Shown here piece after piece: positions 45,517-54,788 of a stretch of DNA of 58,617 nucleotides. The notes beneath the pieces are model-generated. The model was not told the origin of the DNA and made no database searches. It saw only the letters and a program-made list of their open reading frames with translations. The position numbers and the translations under genes were made by a program. Numbering within the stretch: position 1 is the first letter of the stretch; each line of letters begins with the position of its first letter. Where the stretch lies: contig CAYSVE010000001.1 of assembly GCA_964434365.1 (NCBI GenBank), positions 4,013 through 62,629 on the forward strand, written 5' to 3'. This DNA comes from an uncultured Anaerolineaceae bacterium (GTDB taxonomy: Bacteria; Chloroflexota; Anaerolineae; Aggregatilineales; Phototrophicaceae).

Positions 45517-46374
45517 TTGACGGAAACCCAGCCCGGTTTGCAATACCGTTTGAAGATTCGTGCCCGCCTGATGTATGGCATGATGACGAGTTCGCTGCGT
45601 ATACTACCGAATTTCCTGGTTATCGGGGTGGAAAAAGGCGGGACGACATCGCTATTCCGTTATCTCGTTAAACACCCGAACGTCTTACCCGCAGCCAAGA
45701 AGGAAATCCACTATTTCTCACACGTCTACAATGTGGGGTATCACACCTGGGGTTGGTATCGGGGGCACTTCCCACTGAAGATTACCCGAGCGATGCACCC
45801 CCACCAACCGGCCACCGTCGGTGAGGCCTCAGCGAACTACATCTCGCACCCGCACGCGCCGCAGCGCGTCGCCGCCATGCTGCCAGGGGTCAAGATCATC
45901 GCGCTGCTTCGCAACCCCATCGACCGGGCGTATTCGCAGTATCAACACAAGGTGCGCCAGGGGTTGGAGGATCTGAGCTTCGAAGAGGCGATTCGCAAGG
46001 AGCCGGGGCGGATGGCAGGTGAGTGGGACCGCATGATGAACGACCCCAGCTATTACAGCGCTGCGTATCACTATCATGCTTATGTGCAGCGTGGGCAATA
46101 TGCCGAGCAGCTCGAACGGTGGTTCGCACAGTTGCCCCGCGAGCAGTTTTTGGTCCTCCGTAGCGAGGATTTGTTCGAGCGGCCCCGTGAAATTTATGCC
46201 GATGTGCTGGACTTCCTCGGGTTGCCTGCCTGGGACCCGGTGGACTTTAAGCCCTACCTCAAGGCCACCTATACCGAGATGCCCGCAGACTTACGCGACG
46301 AACTGGGTGCGCACTTCCAACCCCACAATCAGCGGCTGTATACCCTGCTGAACGGTAATATGGGTTGGGACTAA
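45517..46374 (+). CDS. Sulfotransferase
   Basis: 5'-PSB loop IGVEKGGTTSLF and 3'-PB LLRNPIDRAYSQY. The start is uncertain (TTG 45517 or a downstream ATG). Confidence 0.85.
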   Translation: MTETQPGLQYRLKIRARLMYGMMTSSLRILPNFLVIGVEKGGTTSLFRYLVKHPNVLPAAKKEIHYFSHVYNVGYHTWGWYRGHFPLKITRAMHPHQPATVGEASANYISHPHAPQRVAAMLPGVKIIALLRNPIDRAYSQYQHKVRQGLEDLSFEEAIRKEPGRMAGEWDRMMNDPSYYSAAYHYHAYVQRGQYAEQLERWFAQLPREQFLVLRSEDLFERPREIYADVLDFLGLPAWDPVDFKPYLKATYTEMPADLRDELGAHFQPHNQRLYTLLNGNMGWD

Positions 46375-46417
46375 CACCGAATCGTGATCTACCGAAAACT
46401 GAGAGTAACCAACAACC

Positions 46418-47173
46418 ATGAACGCTGCCGACAAGCTATTGCGTAAATACCTGTTCCGTCGTGATTTGATGATCGCCGTGAGGCGACGTGCCCGGAAGTT
46501 CCGGCGGCGCATCAGCCGCGATATTTACGATGACCAGCGGTTGCTATTCGAACGAGCAGGCATCAGCCCGCAGGTCATTGTCGATATTGGGGCGTTTCAG
46601 GGTAAAATCACCGACCAGTATCTGCGGGCCTTCCCACAGGTGACTGTGCACGCGTTGGAGCCTTTCCCGTCATCACATCGTAAATTGCAGGAGCGCTTCC
46701 AGGATGAGCCTCGTGTACACGTCCACTGTCTGGCGATTTCCGACGAGAGCGGCACCGCGCAGTTCTACATAAACAATTTGCCGAATACCAATTCCTTGCT
46801 TGCGCAGGAAGGGGGGCGAAGCAAAGACGTGATCGATGTCCCCACACTCACATTCGATGCGTTCGCGTCGGAAAATGGCATCGAGCACATCGACCTGGTA
46901 AAGGTGGATACCGAAGGTGCCGAACTCAAAGTATTCAAAGGGGCGACTACGCTCCTTGCCGAGCAACGCATCGACATGGTCTCTACCGAAGTTCGCTTTG
47001 CCGATAAATTTGTGGGACAAAGCGCTTTTGTCGATGTGGTAAACCTGTTCAACGAGTACGGGTACACGCTCCATAATGTGTACATCAACCGCGAAGACGA
47101 ATATGCACAGGCTTACTTCGGTGATGCGACATTTTGGAGCCCGGCCTTTCGCAAGCGGCTTAAGGGTGGGTAG
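46418..47173 (+). CDS. FkbM family methyltransferase
   Basis: VVDIGAFQGKIT and VKVDTEGAELKVFKGA. Confidence 0.85.
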   Translation: MNAADKLLRKYLFRRDLMIAVRRRARKFRRRISRDIYDDQRLLFERAGISPQVIVDIGAFQGKITDQYLRAFPQVTVHALEPFPSSHRKLQERFQDEPRVHVHCLAISDESGTAQFYINNLPNTNSLLAQEGGRSKDVIDVPTLTFDAFASENGIEHIDLVKVDTEGAELKVFKGATTLLAEQRIDMVSTEVRFADKFVGQSAFVDVVNLFNEYGYTLHNVYINREDEYAQAYFGDATFWSPAFRKRLKGG

Positions 47174-47275
47174 GGGCGGCGGCTAGCCATCGTCCAGGTT
47201 GCACTGCGCATTGTGGACCCAATTTCTGTTCAGTACACTTTAGGCGCGCGAAAGACGGTAATTGCGAGGCAGACA

Positions 47276-47959
47276 ATGAGCACAACACAAACACAGGCGA
47301 AGAACCATCAGCCAGTCGTGAAACGCAGCCCGCAAGTCAAGCGGGTGTACTGGCGGATGAGGAACCAGCTTCATCGATTTCTGGAGCACCACCAATACAA
47401 CTTTGTCTACATTCACATCAACAAAACGGGTGGCCGTAGCATAGAAACCGCGCTGGGCTTGCTCTCGGTCGACCATCGAACGGCCTTGCAGAAGCGAAAC
47501 GACATGGGGGCCGCTGCCTGGGAGCAAAAGTTCAAGTTCGCCTTCGTCCGTAACCCGTGGGATCGCGTGGTATCGCACTATGCGTACCGCATCAAAACCA
47601 ATCGGTTGGGCCTTGCAGAAGCGAATCTTGACTTTAAAGCGTGGCTGAAGCTGGCCTACCAGGACCAAGACCGCGCGTTTTTCGACCAGCCCAAGTTTTT
47701 TATGCCGCAGTTCGAGTGGCTATCGGATGAAAATGGGCAACTCATCGTGGACTACGTGGGCCGGTTCGAGACACTCAACCAAGACTTCGCCCATGTGTGC
47801 GAACAAATCGGTCGTGACGTCGAGCTACCACATGTGAATAAATCGAACCGAAGCCACTACAGTAGCTACTACGATGACGAGTCCATTGCGCTCGTCGGCG
47901 AATTATTCGCCAAGGACATCGAGCACTTTGGCTACACCTTCGAAACGCCCAACGCATAG
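47276..47959 (+). CDS. Sulfotransferase family 2-like protein
   Basis: The start was moved to ATG 47276. It has YIHINKTGGRSIE (P-loop-like) and FAFVRNPWDRVVSHY, as in carbohydrate sulfotransferase-2 type enzymes. Confidence 0.7.
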   Translation: MSTTQTQAKNHQPVVKRSPQVKRVYWRMRNQLHRFLEHHQYNFVYIHINKTGGRSIETALGLLSVDHRTALQKRNDMGAAAWEQKFKFAFVRNPWDRVVSHYAYRIKTNRLGLAEANLDFKAWLKLAYQDQDRAFFDQPKFFMPQFEWLSDENGQLIVDYVGRFETLNQDFAHVCEQIGRDVELPHVNKSNRSHYSSYYDDESIALVGELFAKDIEHFGYTFETPNA

Positions 47960-48038
47960 GGTGCACTGCCGCCCCAGCGAGCCGACTCATACGCAGCGCT
48001 TTACCCACACCTGATCTCGAAACGGATGAACAAGCCAC

Positions 48039-49178
48039 ATGGCGTCTTCGAAACCCGCCAAAATTCTGTTTACCATTCCTAACTTCATCACGGCGGGTTC
48101 TGGCCTGTTGTTGTTTAGCGTGGTGCGGTTGCTCGACCGCGATCGCTACGACCCCACGATTGCGGTTCTGGAGAAGGGGGGGCGCCTGGAAGCAGAGATC
48201 GAGGCGGAAAATATTCCGATCATCGAATTGCCCTTCACGTTGAATCCGCGCCCATTGTGGAATTTACCCACGCGGGCCTGGCAGGTAGCCCAGCCCTTTC
48301 GCCCCTATCAGTTCGATCTCTGGCATTCCTTCCACTACTCCGCAGACTACACCGAGCCGATCATCGCGCGCCTGGCCGGGGCAAAAGCCTGGATTTACAC
48401 CAAGAAGAATATGAACTGGGTGAACCGGGCGAACCGGGCGTGGCTGGTGCGGTCGTTTTTGGCGTCGCGCATCGTTGCCGATAACTCGACTATGATGGAA
48501 ACGTTCTTCGACAACTGGTGGGCGCGCGGCAAAACGGTGCTCATCGAGCACAGTGTGGACGTGGAAAAATACAACCCGCACACCGAACCCAGCCTCGACG
48601 TGCGCCAACAGCTTCACCTCTCGCCAGATGATTTCCTGATTGGCGCGGTGGCCCATGTGCTCCCTGTGAAGGGGTACCGCACCTTGATTCGGTCGATAGC
48701 GCATTTGCCGTCGTCGGCGCATCTGGTCATCGCCGGTAGCCTGGATAATGAGGCGTACGTCGCCGAGTTGCACGCGCTCATCGATGAACTACAGTTGGCC
48801 GAGCGTGTTCACTTTTTGGGCCGCATCGGTGGGGTGCCTCAACTACACGCCGAACTCGATGCTTACGTGCTCGCGACGAATGGCCACGGGCGCATGGAAG
48901 GTTGCCCGGTCGCGTTGTTGGAGGCGCTGTCCTGCGGGACGCCGTCGGTGGCGACCGATATTCCAGGCTCGAAGGATATTATCGTCGACGGCGAAAGTGG
49001 GTTGCTGGTGCCGCCCGAAGACCCCGAGGCGATGGCGCAGGCCCTCATGCGCCTATACAACGATGAGCAGCTCCGCCGCCAGATGGGGCCAAAGGGCCGC
49101 GAGCGTATTCTGGCGCACTATCGTGTGGAGCGAGAGGCAAACGAACTTCAGGCCTTGTACGCCGATATCCTTCGGTAG
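48039..49178 (+). CDS. GT4 family glycosyltransferase
   Basis: Motif RMEGCPVALLEALSCGTPSVATDIPGSKDII; length 379 aa. Confidence 0.85.
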   Translation: MASSKPAKILFTIPNFITAGSGLLLFSVVRLLDRDRYDPTIAVLEKGGRLEAEIEAENIPIIELPFTLNPRPLWNLPTRAWQVAQPFRPYQFDLWHSFHYSADYTEPIIARLAGAKAWIYTKKNMNWVNRANRAWLVRSFLASRIVADNSTMMETFFDNWWARGKTVLIEHSVDVEKYNPHTEPSLDVRQQLHLSPDDFLIGAVAHVLPVKGYRTLIRSIAHLPSSAHLVIAGSLDNEAYVAELHALIDELQLAERVHFLGRIGGVPQLHAELDAYVLATNGHGRMEGCPVALLEALSCGTPSVATDIPGSKDIIVDGESGLLVPPEDPEAMAQALMRLYNDEQLRRQMGPKGRERILAHYRVEREANELQALYADILR

Positions 49179-49188
49179 GGCAGTCGCC

Positions 49189-50175
49189 TTAGGTGGGGTT
49201 GCCGTCACCGTTGAGGTAGGGCGTCAGGGTTGGACCGAATGCGTCCACGATGCGCTCGATTTTGTCGATTTGTTCGGTGGCGAGGGACTCGCGCCACTTC
49301 TCGATCCGTCCCTTGCGATCGAAGTTATTCCGGTTCTGGAAGACGGTACCGCTGGGGCGCTTGAGGATAGCCCCTTTTTCATCCACCGTTACCGCGTATC
49401 CCTCGCCCAGGTAGGCCAGCAAGTCGTCGAAGGTGGTGATGGGGTCCAGCACGAGGCTATCGAAGGATAGCACGTGTGCGGGCAGCACGTTCTGCTCGAT
49501 TTGCCGGAGCGGAACGTAGTAGTTGATGCACCAGCCAACGACCATCCGCGAGAAGGGGTCTTCATCGCAGCGATGGATGAGGTCGGTGTAATCGGCCAGC
49601 CAATCGACGACAAGCGCGTCCTGGCCCATAAACAGCTTTAAGTAGCCCGGCTCCTGCATGTAGCGTGTCCAGCCCTGCCGCAACATCGATTCGATCGTTG
49701 CGCCCGGATTCCGCACGATCAACACGACTTTGCAGCCGAAGGTATGGGCCAGCCAGGCCAGCATCAGGTTGCCGTGGATCATTTTGACGATGGTGTTGGT
49801 CCACCAGATGGCACGGCTATCGTGTCGGGTACGGCGAACGTGGGTGTTGCCGACAATTTTCCCCTTGAGGGCCATGTGGAAAAAAGCTTCGAGGTCCGTG
49901 TCGGTTTGGTCTGTACGGCGATAGGGGTACGCGTAATGCAGGTCGCCGGTAAAGGTGTGGGGGTGTAAAAATGGCCGCGCCGCGCTCACACGATGATGCA
50001 GCGGTTCGAACACGGTGCGGCGATGGGTGACACCCGCCAGCGATTGCGCCAGGTAGGTTGTTCCGCTACGGCCAATGCCAGAGATGACGATGGCATCGGA
50101 GGCCTGCGCGATGCTGCCCTGCAACGCCTCGGCAGCGTTGATAATGAGGGGCTTGAATGAGTTCCTAAGTTGCAT
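49189..50175 (-). CDS. Sulfotransferase family protein
   Basis: N-terminal ISGIGRSGTTYLAQSL and LIVRNPGATIESML. It overlaps the upstream gene by 11 nt. Confidence 0.65.
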   Translation of the reverse strand: MQLRNSFKPLIINAAEALQGSIAQASDAIVISGIGRSGTTYLAQSLAGVTHRRTVFEPLHHRVSAARPFLHPHTFTGDLHYAYPYRRTDQTDTDLEAFFHMALKGKIVGNTHVRRTRHDSRAIWWTNTIVKMIHGNLMLAWLAHTFGCKVVLIVRNPGATIESMLRQGWTRYMQEPGYLKLFMGQDALVVDWLADYTDLIHRCDEDPFSRMVVGWCINYYVPLRQIEQNVLPAHVLSFDSLVLDPITTFDDLLAYLGEGYAVTVDEKGAILKRPSGTVFQNRNNFDRKGRIEKWRESLATEQIDKIERIVDAFGPTLTPYLNGDGNPT

Positions 50176-51337
50176 CGGCTTCGTCGTTTGTGTAATAGCG
50201 CGCGAAGAACGGGTCCTCTTCGCTTTCGGCCAGCAGGTTTTCCAGGCGTTCCACCGAGGAGTACGGCCCGAGAATATCGGGCGTTTCGCGCAGCATCATC
50301 AGGTAAATTTCGGTCGTGAGGTATGGGGTAATGTGCCACGCATCCAGGAAGTGTTCGTCGCCAAGGGGTAGGGTAGCCGGGTCGGTAAAGTCGAAGAGTG
50401 GGAAGCCGTACTGCTCGAAGATGGCCGCCGTGAAGTCTGGTACATCTGCGAGGTACGTATGGTCGCCCGAGGTCGTCAGCCACTCGTAACTGAGGTTGGA
50501 GAAGGGCGGTAAGCACCCGACGACCTGCATCTCCAGCTCGACTGCGCGGTCGAGGATCGCTTCCACCACGGCGGCATTTTCCTCGGCAATGCGGTCTCCA
50601 TTGACCCACTGCTGCGCCCGCGCCTCGAACCGCCTGCGATGAAATTGGCTACGCTCCTCGATCGTCACGGTCTCCAGTCGTCTACGTGCCCGTACCGACT
50701 GAAAGATTTCGCCGTTGTTCAGCACAGCAGTGTCGCCGATCATCGCACGTAGCCCTACTGCCTTGAAGCCGAACTGCGGTTCGGTGCCCGATAGGATGTT
50801 GCTCCCGCGCGTGTCGACAAAACGCATCATCTCCATGCTCATATCCACCGAGCGTTGCAGCATCGTCTGGAAGTCGATATCGCCTATGTACGGTGGTTCG
50901 GTATTGACGAAGCTATTCGGCGAGAAGAAGCTCTGATCGAGGCACCACAGCATCACATCGGGGGCATCGCTCGCGTCCAGGTTATCCAGGTAATACTGCA
51001 CTTCCTCGTGGTCGAAGGAGGCGATCCAGGCGTTGTACATTTCGTAGGGTTCATCGATTAAATACGGGCCGTAGGAATAGATACGCGACGACCCCATAAA
51101 CAGCACATCGGGCTGCACGTGCTGGATGGACCGCAACCGAAAGGCGAACGCCTCATCACGGTTTGCTTCGAAGGCCCCGTACACCACGGGTTCGTCGGTA
51201 TCCAGCATCTGTATTGCCACAGAAATCGGAAGCGCATCGCCAATGTAAACTCCCAGGCCCACGATGAGCGCCAGCACTGCAACCAGCGGCGTGACAAACA
51301 AAAGCAGAGTTTTTAGGAATTGCTTGGGTGTGTTCAA
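50165..51337 (-). CDS. Membrane-anchored hypothetical protein, possible DltD/AlgX-like partner of the MBOAT
   Basis: It has an N-terminal TM segment, sits directly downstream of the MBOAT gene, and has FMGSSR and D..WH patterns suggestive of an SGNH-type fold. This is a weak assignment. Confidence 0.6.
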   Translation of the reverse strand: MNTPKQFLKTLLLFVTPLVAVLALIVGLGVYIGDALPISVAIQMLDTDEPVVYGAFEANRDEAFAFRLRSIQHVQPDVLFMGSSRIYSYGPYLIDEPYEMYNAWIASFDHEEVQYYLDNLDASDAPDVMLWCLDQSFFSPNSFVNTEPPYIGDIDFQTMLQRSVDMSMEMMRFVDTRGSNILSGTEPQFGFKAVGLRAMIGDTAVLNNGEIFQSVRARRRLETVTIEERSQFHRRRFEARAQQWVNGDRIAEENAAVVEAILDRAVELEMQVVGCLPPFSNLSYEWLTTSGDHTYLADVPDFTAAIFEQYGFPLFDFTDPATLPLGDEHFLDAWHITPYLTTEIYLMMLRETPDILGPYSSVERLENLLAESEEDPFFARYYTNDEADAT

Positions 51338-51360
51338 GGGTTCACGCTATCTTCCGACTA

Positions 51361-52815
51361 TTAGAACTGGAAGTAGATAAAGTCGGCCTCAGTTGTGCTG
51401 ACCGAGTAGATAATCAACAGAGATGCGACATAATACGCGGCCCAGCGCAGTTGCCGTGTTTTCGTCTCCAGGCTCCAGAAGGGGCGCGGCTGTTGGGCAG
51501 CCCAGTCTGCAACAAACAAAACGGTGATCGTCGCGATGGCCATGCCTAGCTCCAACCAGGCTGCACCGTAGGGTGCAATACCCCCAAACGGTTCGGCGAT
51601 TTGGAAGCCCGAGGAGAAGTTGAAGAGGTGGGTGACGATGTAGAAGCTATCCTGAATGTTGTTCGCGCGGAAGAAAATCCACCCAATGCAAACCAGCACG
51701 AACGTAAACACCGTCGCGAGCCACGGCGGCGCCGTGCGGGTGTCTGCCTGGCCCCCACGCACGTAGCGGTCCCAAACAATTTCGCCGACGATTAAAAACC
51801 CGTGGATCGTGCCCCACAGCACAAACGTCCACGCCGCACCGTGCCACAAGCCGCTGATCACGAACACGATCATCAAGTTGCGCAGCGTTGCCGAGAACGA
51901 CACCCGGCTGCCGCCCAGCGGGATGTAAACGTAGTCGCGGAACCATGTAGACAGCGAAATGTGCCACCGACGCCAGAATTCGCGGATGGACCGCGAAAAA
52001 TAGGGCTGGCGGAAGTTTTGCATCAGGTCGAAGCCCATCGTCCGCGCGGTGCCGATGGCGATATCGGAGTAGCCGGAAAAGTCGCAGTAGATTTGGATGG
52101 CAAAAAAGAACGTCGCCAGCATCAGGTGTACGCCGGTATAGTCCTCGACGTTGTTGTAAACCGTGTTGACGTAAGCAGCGAGGCGGTCTGCAATGACGAC
52201 TTTTTTGAACGCCCCCCACAAAATGAGCCGCAAGCCAGAGACCATCCGCTCATCGTTGAAGGTGTGTTGTTGCTTGAACTGGCCGAGCATGTTCGAAGCG
52301 CGTTCGATGGGGCCTGCAACCAACTGTGGGAAGAACGCAATGTACGTCGCGAAACGGCCCAGGTGACGCTCCGCAGCCACATTCCCACGATACACATCGA
52401 TGGTGTAGGCCATCGATTGGAAGGTGTAAAAGGAAATCCCCACCGGCAACAACAGGTTGTGGGTTTGGGCGGCGGTATCCGGGCCTAAGCTGACGAGGAC
52501 GCTATTTGCCGATTGGCTAAAGAAGTTGAAGTACTTGAAGACGAACAATGTGCCCAGGTTCACGCATATGCTCAGCAGCAAAAACGATCGTCGGGTCGTT
52601 TGTTGTTCTTCGGGGGTGCTTTCGATGCGTATGGCTGCGATGTAGTCCACGATCGTCGAAAAAACGATCAACAGGATGTAGTACACATTCCAGTAGGCGT
52701 AGAAGAAGTAACTCGCGACGAGCAGCAGAATCCAACGGAACCGGAACGGCAATAAGAAATACGATGAAAGCACAATGATGAAAAACACCACGAATTCATC
52801 GCTAATGAATGACAT
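51361..52815 (-). CDS. MBOAT family O-acyltransferase (AlgI/DltB-like)
   Basis: 484 aa and polytopic, with the signature FWRRWHISLSTWFRDYVYIPLGG containing the catalytic His. Confidence 0.9.
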   Translation of the reverse strand: MSFISDEFVVFFIIVLSSYFLLPFRFRWILLLVASYFFYAYWNVYYILLIVFSTIVDYIAAIRIESTPEEQQTTRRSFLLLSICVNLGTLFVFKYFNFFSQSANSVLVSLGPDTAAQTHNLLLPVGISFYTFQSMAYTIDVYRGNVAAERHLGRFATYIAFFPQLVAGPIERASNMLGQFKQQHTFNDERMVSGLRLILWGAFKKVVIADRLAAYVNTVYNNVEDYTGVHLMLATFFFAIQIYCDFSGYSDIAIGTARTMGFDLMQNFRQPYFSRSIREFWRRWHISLSTWFRDYVYIPLGGSRVSFSATLRNLMIVFVISGLWHGAAWTFVLWGTIHGFLIVGEIVWDRYVRGGQADTRTAPPWLATVFTFVLVCIGWIFFRANNIQDSFYIVTHLFNFSSGFQIAEPFGGIAPYGAAWLELGMAIATITVLFVADWAAQQPRPFWSLETKTRQLRWAAYYVASLLIIYSVSTTEADFIYFQF

Positions 52816-53114
52816 ATACCTGCCCCAGTTTGTAGCCTGCTTACCGAAGCGAATCTATCGTTTGTCGTGGGTGCGTTGAGAGTGTCGAGGGGACGCAGGT
52901 ACGAATTAGCCGTGCCCATCTGCCATACGCCCCCCCTTGGGCAACCCGCAGTGACGATCGTCTGTCGTCCGATATTCGCTGTTGTTTCCGGCGGAAGTGC
53001 GTCACGGCGCGCGTGAGCGCCGGTACCATCGCCGCAGAAATTTGGAATCAGCGCAAGTTTACAGCAGCTTGCCAGAAAGCACCATGCTTTATTGGGTGTA
53101 GCATAATGTGCCTA

Positions 53115-54788
53115 TTACGGGGTCCGTACGATTTGCAGGACGCGTAGTGCGCTGAGCATGCCGGGGTACGCTTCGCGCCGCCGTAGGCGAATGGTAGCCC
53201 GCAGCCGTGGCAGGTCTACCCACGGGTGGCGGGCGGCATCGCCGGTAAGCGCGAGTAGGGTGGTCGGCGGGGTAGGGTGGTTGCGATACGTGTGTGGCGT
53301 CTCCGATTTAACCGGCTCCCACACGAAGGGCAGGTAAGGCTCCATCGCCTTGCGGTAGAGGAAGCGCCGCATCCCGTAAAACAGATGAAACGCCTGCGGC
53401 ACCGTATACACGAACTCCATCAGCGGGCGGTCGAGCAGGGGGTAAGCGTAGTGGATGCCATGGGGGCGCGCGGCGGTCGCCCAGGCTTCGATGCGCCGGG
53501 TGAGGTGCTCTGCGAAGTACAACCGGGCCTGCGACTGCGGGCCGCCCGCAACCGTGCGCGTGAGGGGGGCCGGGCGGTAGGTGCGCCCACTTGTTCGAGC
53601 CGCCAATTCTGGTGAGATGAAGGTGGCATCGGGGCGGGCGCGTATCGCGCGGTGCATGACGAGGCGCAGCAATGGATTCGGGAGCAGGGGATAGGCGCCT
53701 TCCAGCAAGATGAGTTGCGCCGCAGTTCGCTTGCGGAGACCACCTAATGCGACCGGCAAATCGTGCCAGCGCCCGCCCCGCAGCATCCCCGCGAGCACGC
53801 CGCGCCCGTTGTAACTGACGGTTTCGTCGCCACCCCACCCAGAGAGGATCGTTTGAACCCCATCGGCGGCGGCCTGCCGCAGAACAGGTAACTCGCGGCC
53901 TATGGCGTCCATCGGTTGGACGCTCGGGTCAATGCGGAGCATCGTCATGTGGTCCGCTTGCGTGTAACCGATGAACTGGCACGTCTGGCCGAGCATTTCG
54001 GTAACCGCACCGATGCGCCCGTACTCGTTCTCATCGGTGTCTACAGGGCGTGACCATGAGTAGAAGTGCGTTCGGTTGGTAGCGTAGGGGGCAGCGAGCA
54101 CGGCAATCGAGGACGAATCGATACCGCCGCTGAGGTGAAAGCCCACCTGGCCGGCCATGGGCACCCGATACGCGACTGCCTGTTGGGTCAGTTCTTGCAC
54201 ACGTTGGACACAATCGTCCAGCGACAGGCTGCGATCTTCGGGATAATCTTGTGGGTCCCAGTAGCGCTGCAAACGATGCCCGTGCGGGGTAATCGTGAGG
54301 GTGTGGCCGGGCCGCAAACGACGGACATTCTCGAAGAAGGTGCGCTCGCCGGGTTGGTATTCGTTGAAGTGGTGGACAAGGTATGTCGCGACCTCCACCT
54401 CATCGATGACAGCGGGCACCGCGTCGAGTGCGATGAGCGCCGGAATATCGCTCGCAATGGCGGCCATCTGTGGGGTGAGGTAGTAGTACAGGGGCCGCGC
54501 GCCGATGTGATCGCGCGCGCAGAACAGCCACCCCCGCGCGGCATCCCATATCGCAAAGGCATAATCGCCGATGAGATGACGTGGACAATCGGTTCCCCAG
54601 CGTGCGTACGCCTGTGCGATGAGCGTCGTATCGTCGGTGTGAGGGGGCAGTTGCAGCCGCCGATGCAGGGCTTCACGGTTGTCGATGCGTGCGTCTGCCG
54701 TAATACACACTGCGCCGAGTGTTTGGGCGTTGGGTCCCAGGGCGGTGGGCTGCTCGGCGCGCGGAAAAACGCCGAAAATGCTAGTCAT
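53115..54788 (-). CDS. Asparagine-synthetase-like lasso cyclase (C protein) homologue
   Basis: Begins MTSIFGVF (Thr where AsnB has Cys2), has the PP-loop LSGGIDSSS, and its ATG overlaps the B2 stop (ATGACTAG). Confidence 0.8.
   Translation of the reverse strand: MTSIFGVFPRAEQPTALGPNAQTLGAVCITADARIDNREALHRRLQLPPHTDDTTLIAQAYARWGTDCPRHLIGDYAFAIWDAARGWLFCARDHIGARPLYYYLTPQMAAIASDIPALIALDAVPAVIDEVEVATYLVHHFNEYQPGERTFFENVRRLRPGHTLTITPHGHRLQRYWDPQDYPEDRSLSLDDCVQRVQELTQQAVAYRVPMAGQVGFHLSGGIDSSSIAVLAAPYATNRTHFYSWSRPVDTDENEYGRIGAVTEMLGQTCQFIGYTQADHMTMLRIDPSVQPMDAIGRELPVLRQAAADGVQTILSGWGGDETVSYNGRGVLAGMLRGGRWHDLPVALGGLRKRTAAQLILLEGAYPLLPNPLLRLVMHRAIRARPDATFISPELAARTSGRTYRPAPLTRTVAGGPQSQARLYFAEHLTRRIEAWATAARPHGIHYAYPLLDRPLMEFVYTVPQAFHLFYGMRRFLYRKAMEPYLPFVWEPVKSETPHTYRNHPTPPTTLLALTGDAARHPWVDLPRLRATIRLRRREAYPGMLSALRVLQIVRTP

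Noticed and set aside
52668-52919. 83-aa ORF with a G-rich RBS-like tract upstream
   Set aside because: It runs out of frame through the start of the MBOAT gene, and its C-terminal two-thirds is Cys/Ser-rich overlap-frame translation. I keep it only as a remote precursor candidate, noted in the findings.
52841-53029. 62-aa ORF as lasso precursor
   Set aside because: It is Arg-rich with no RBS, no Thr at -2, and no N-terminal Gly/Ala plus Asp/Glu at core position 7-9. It looks like off-frame noise.
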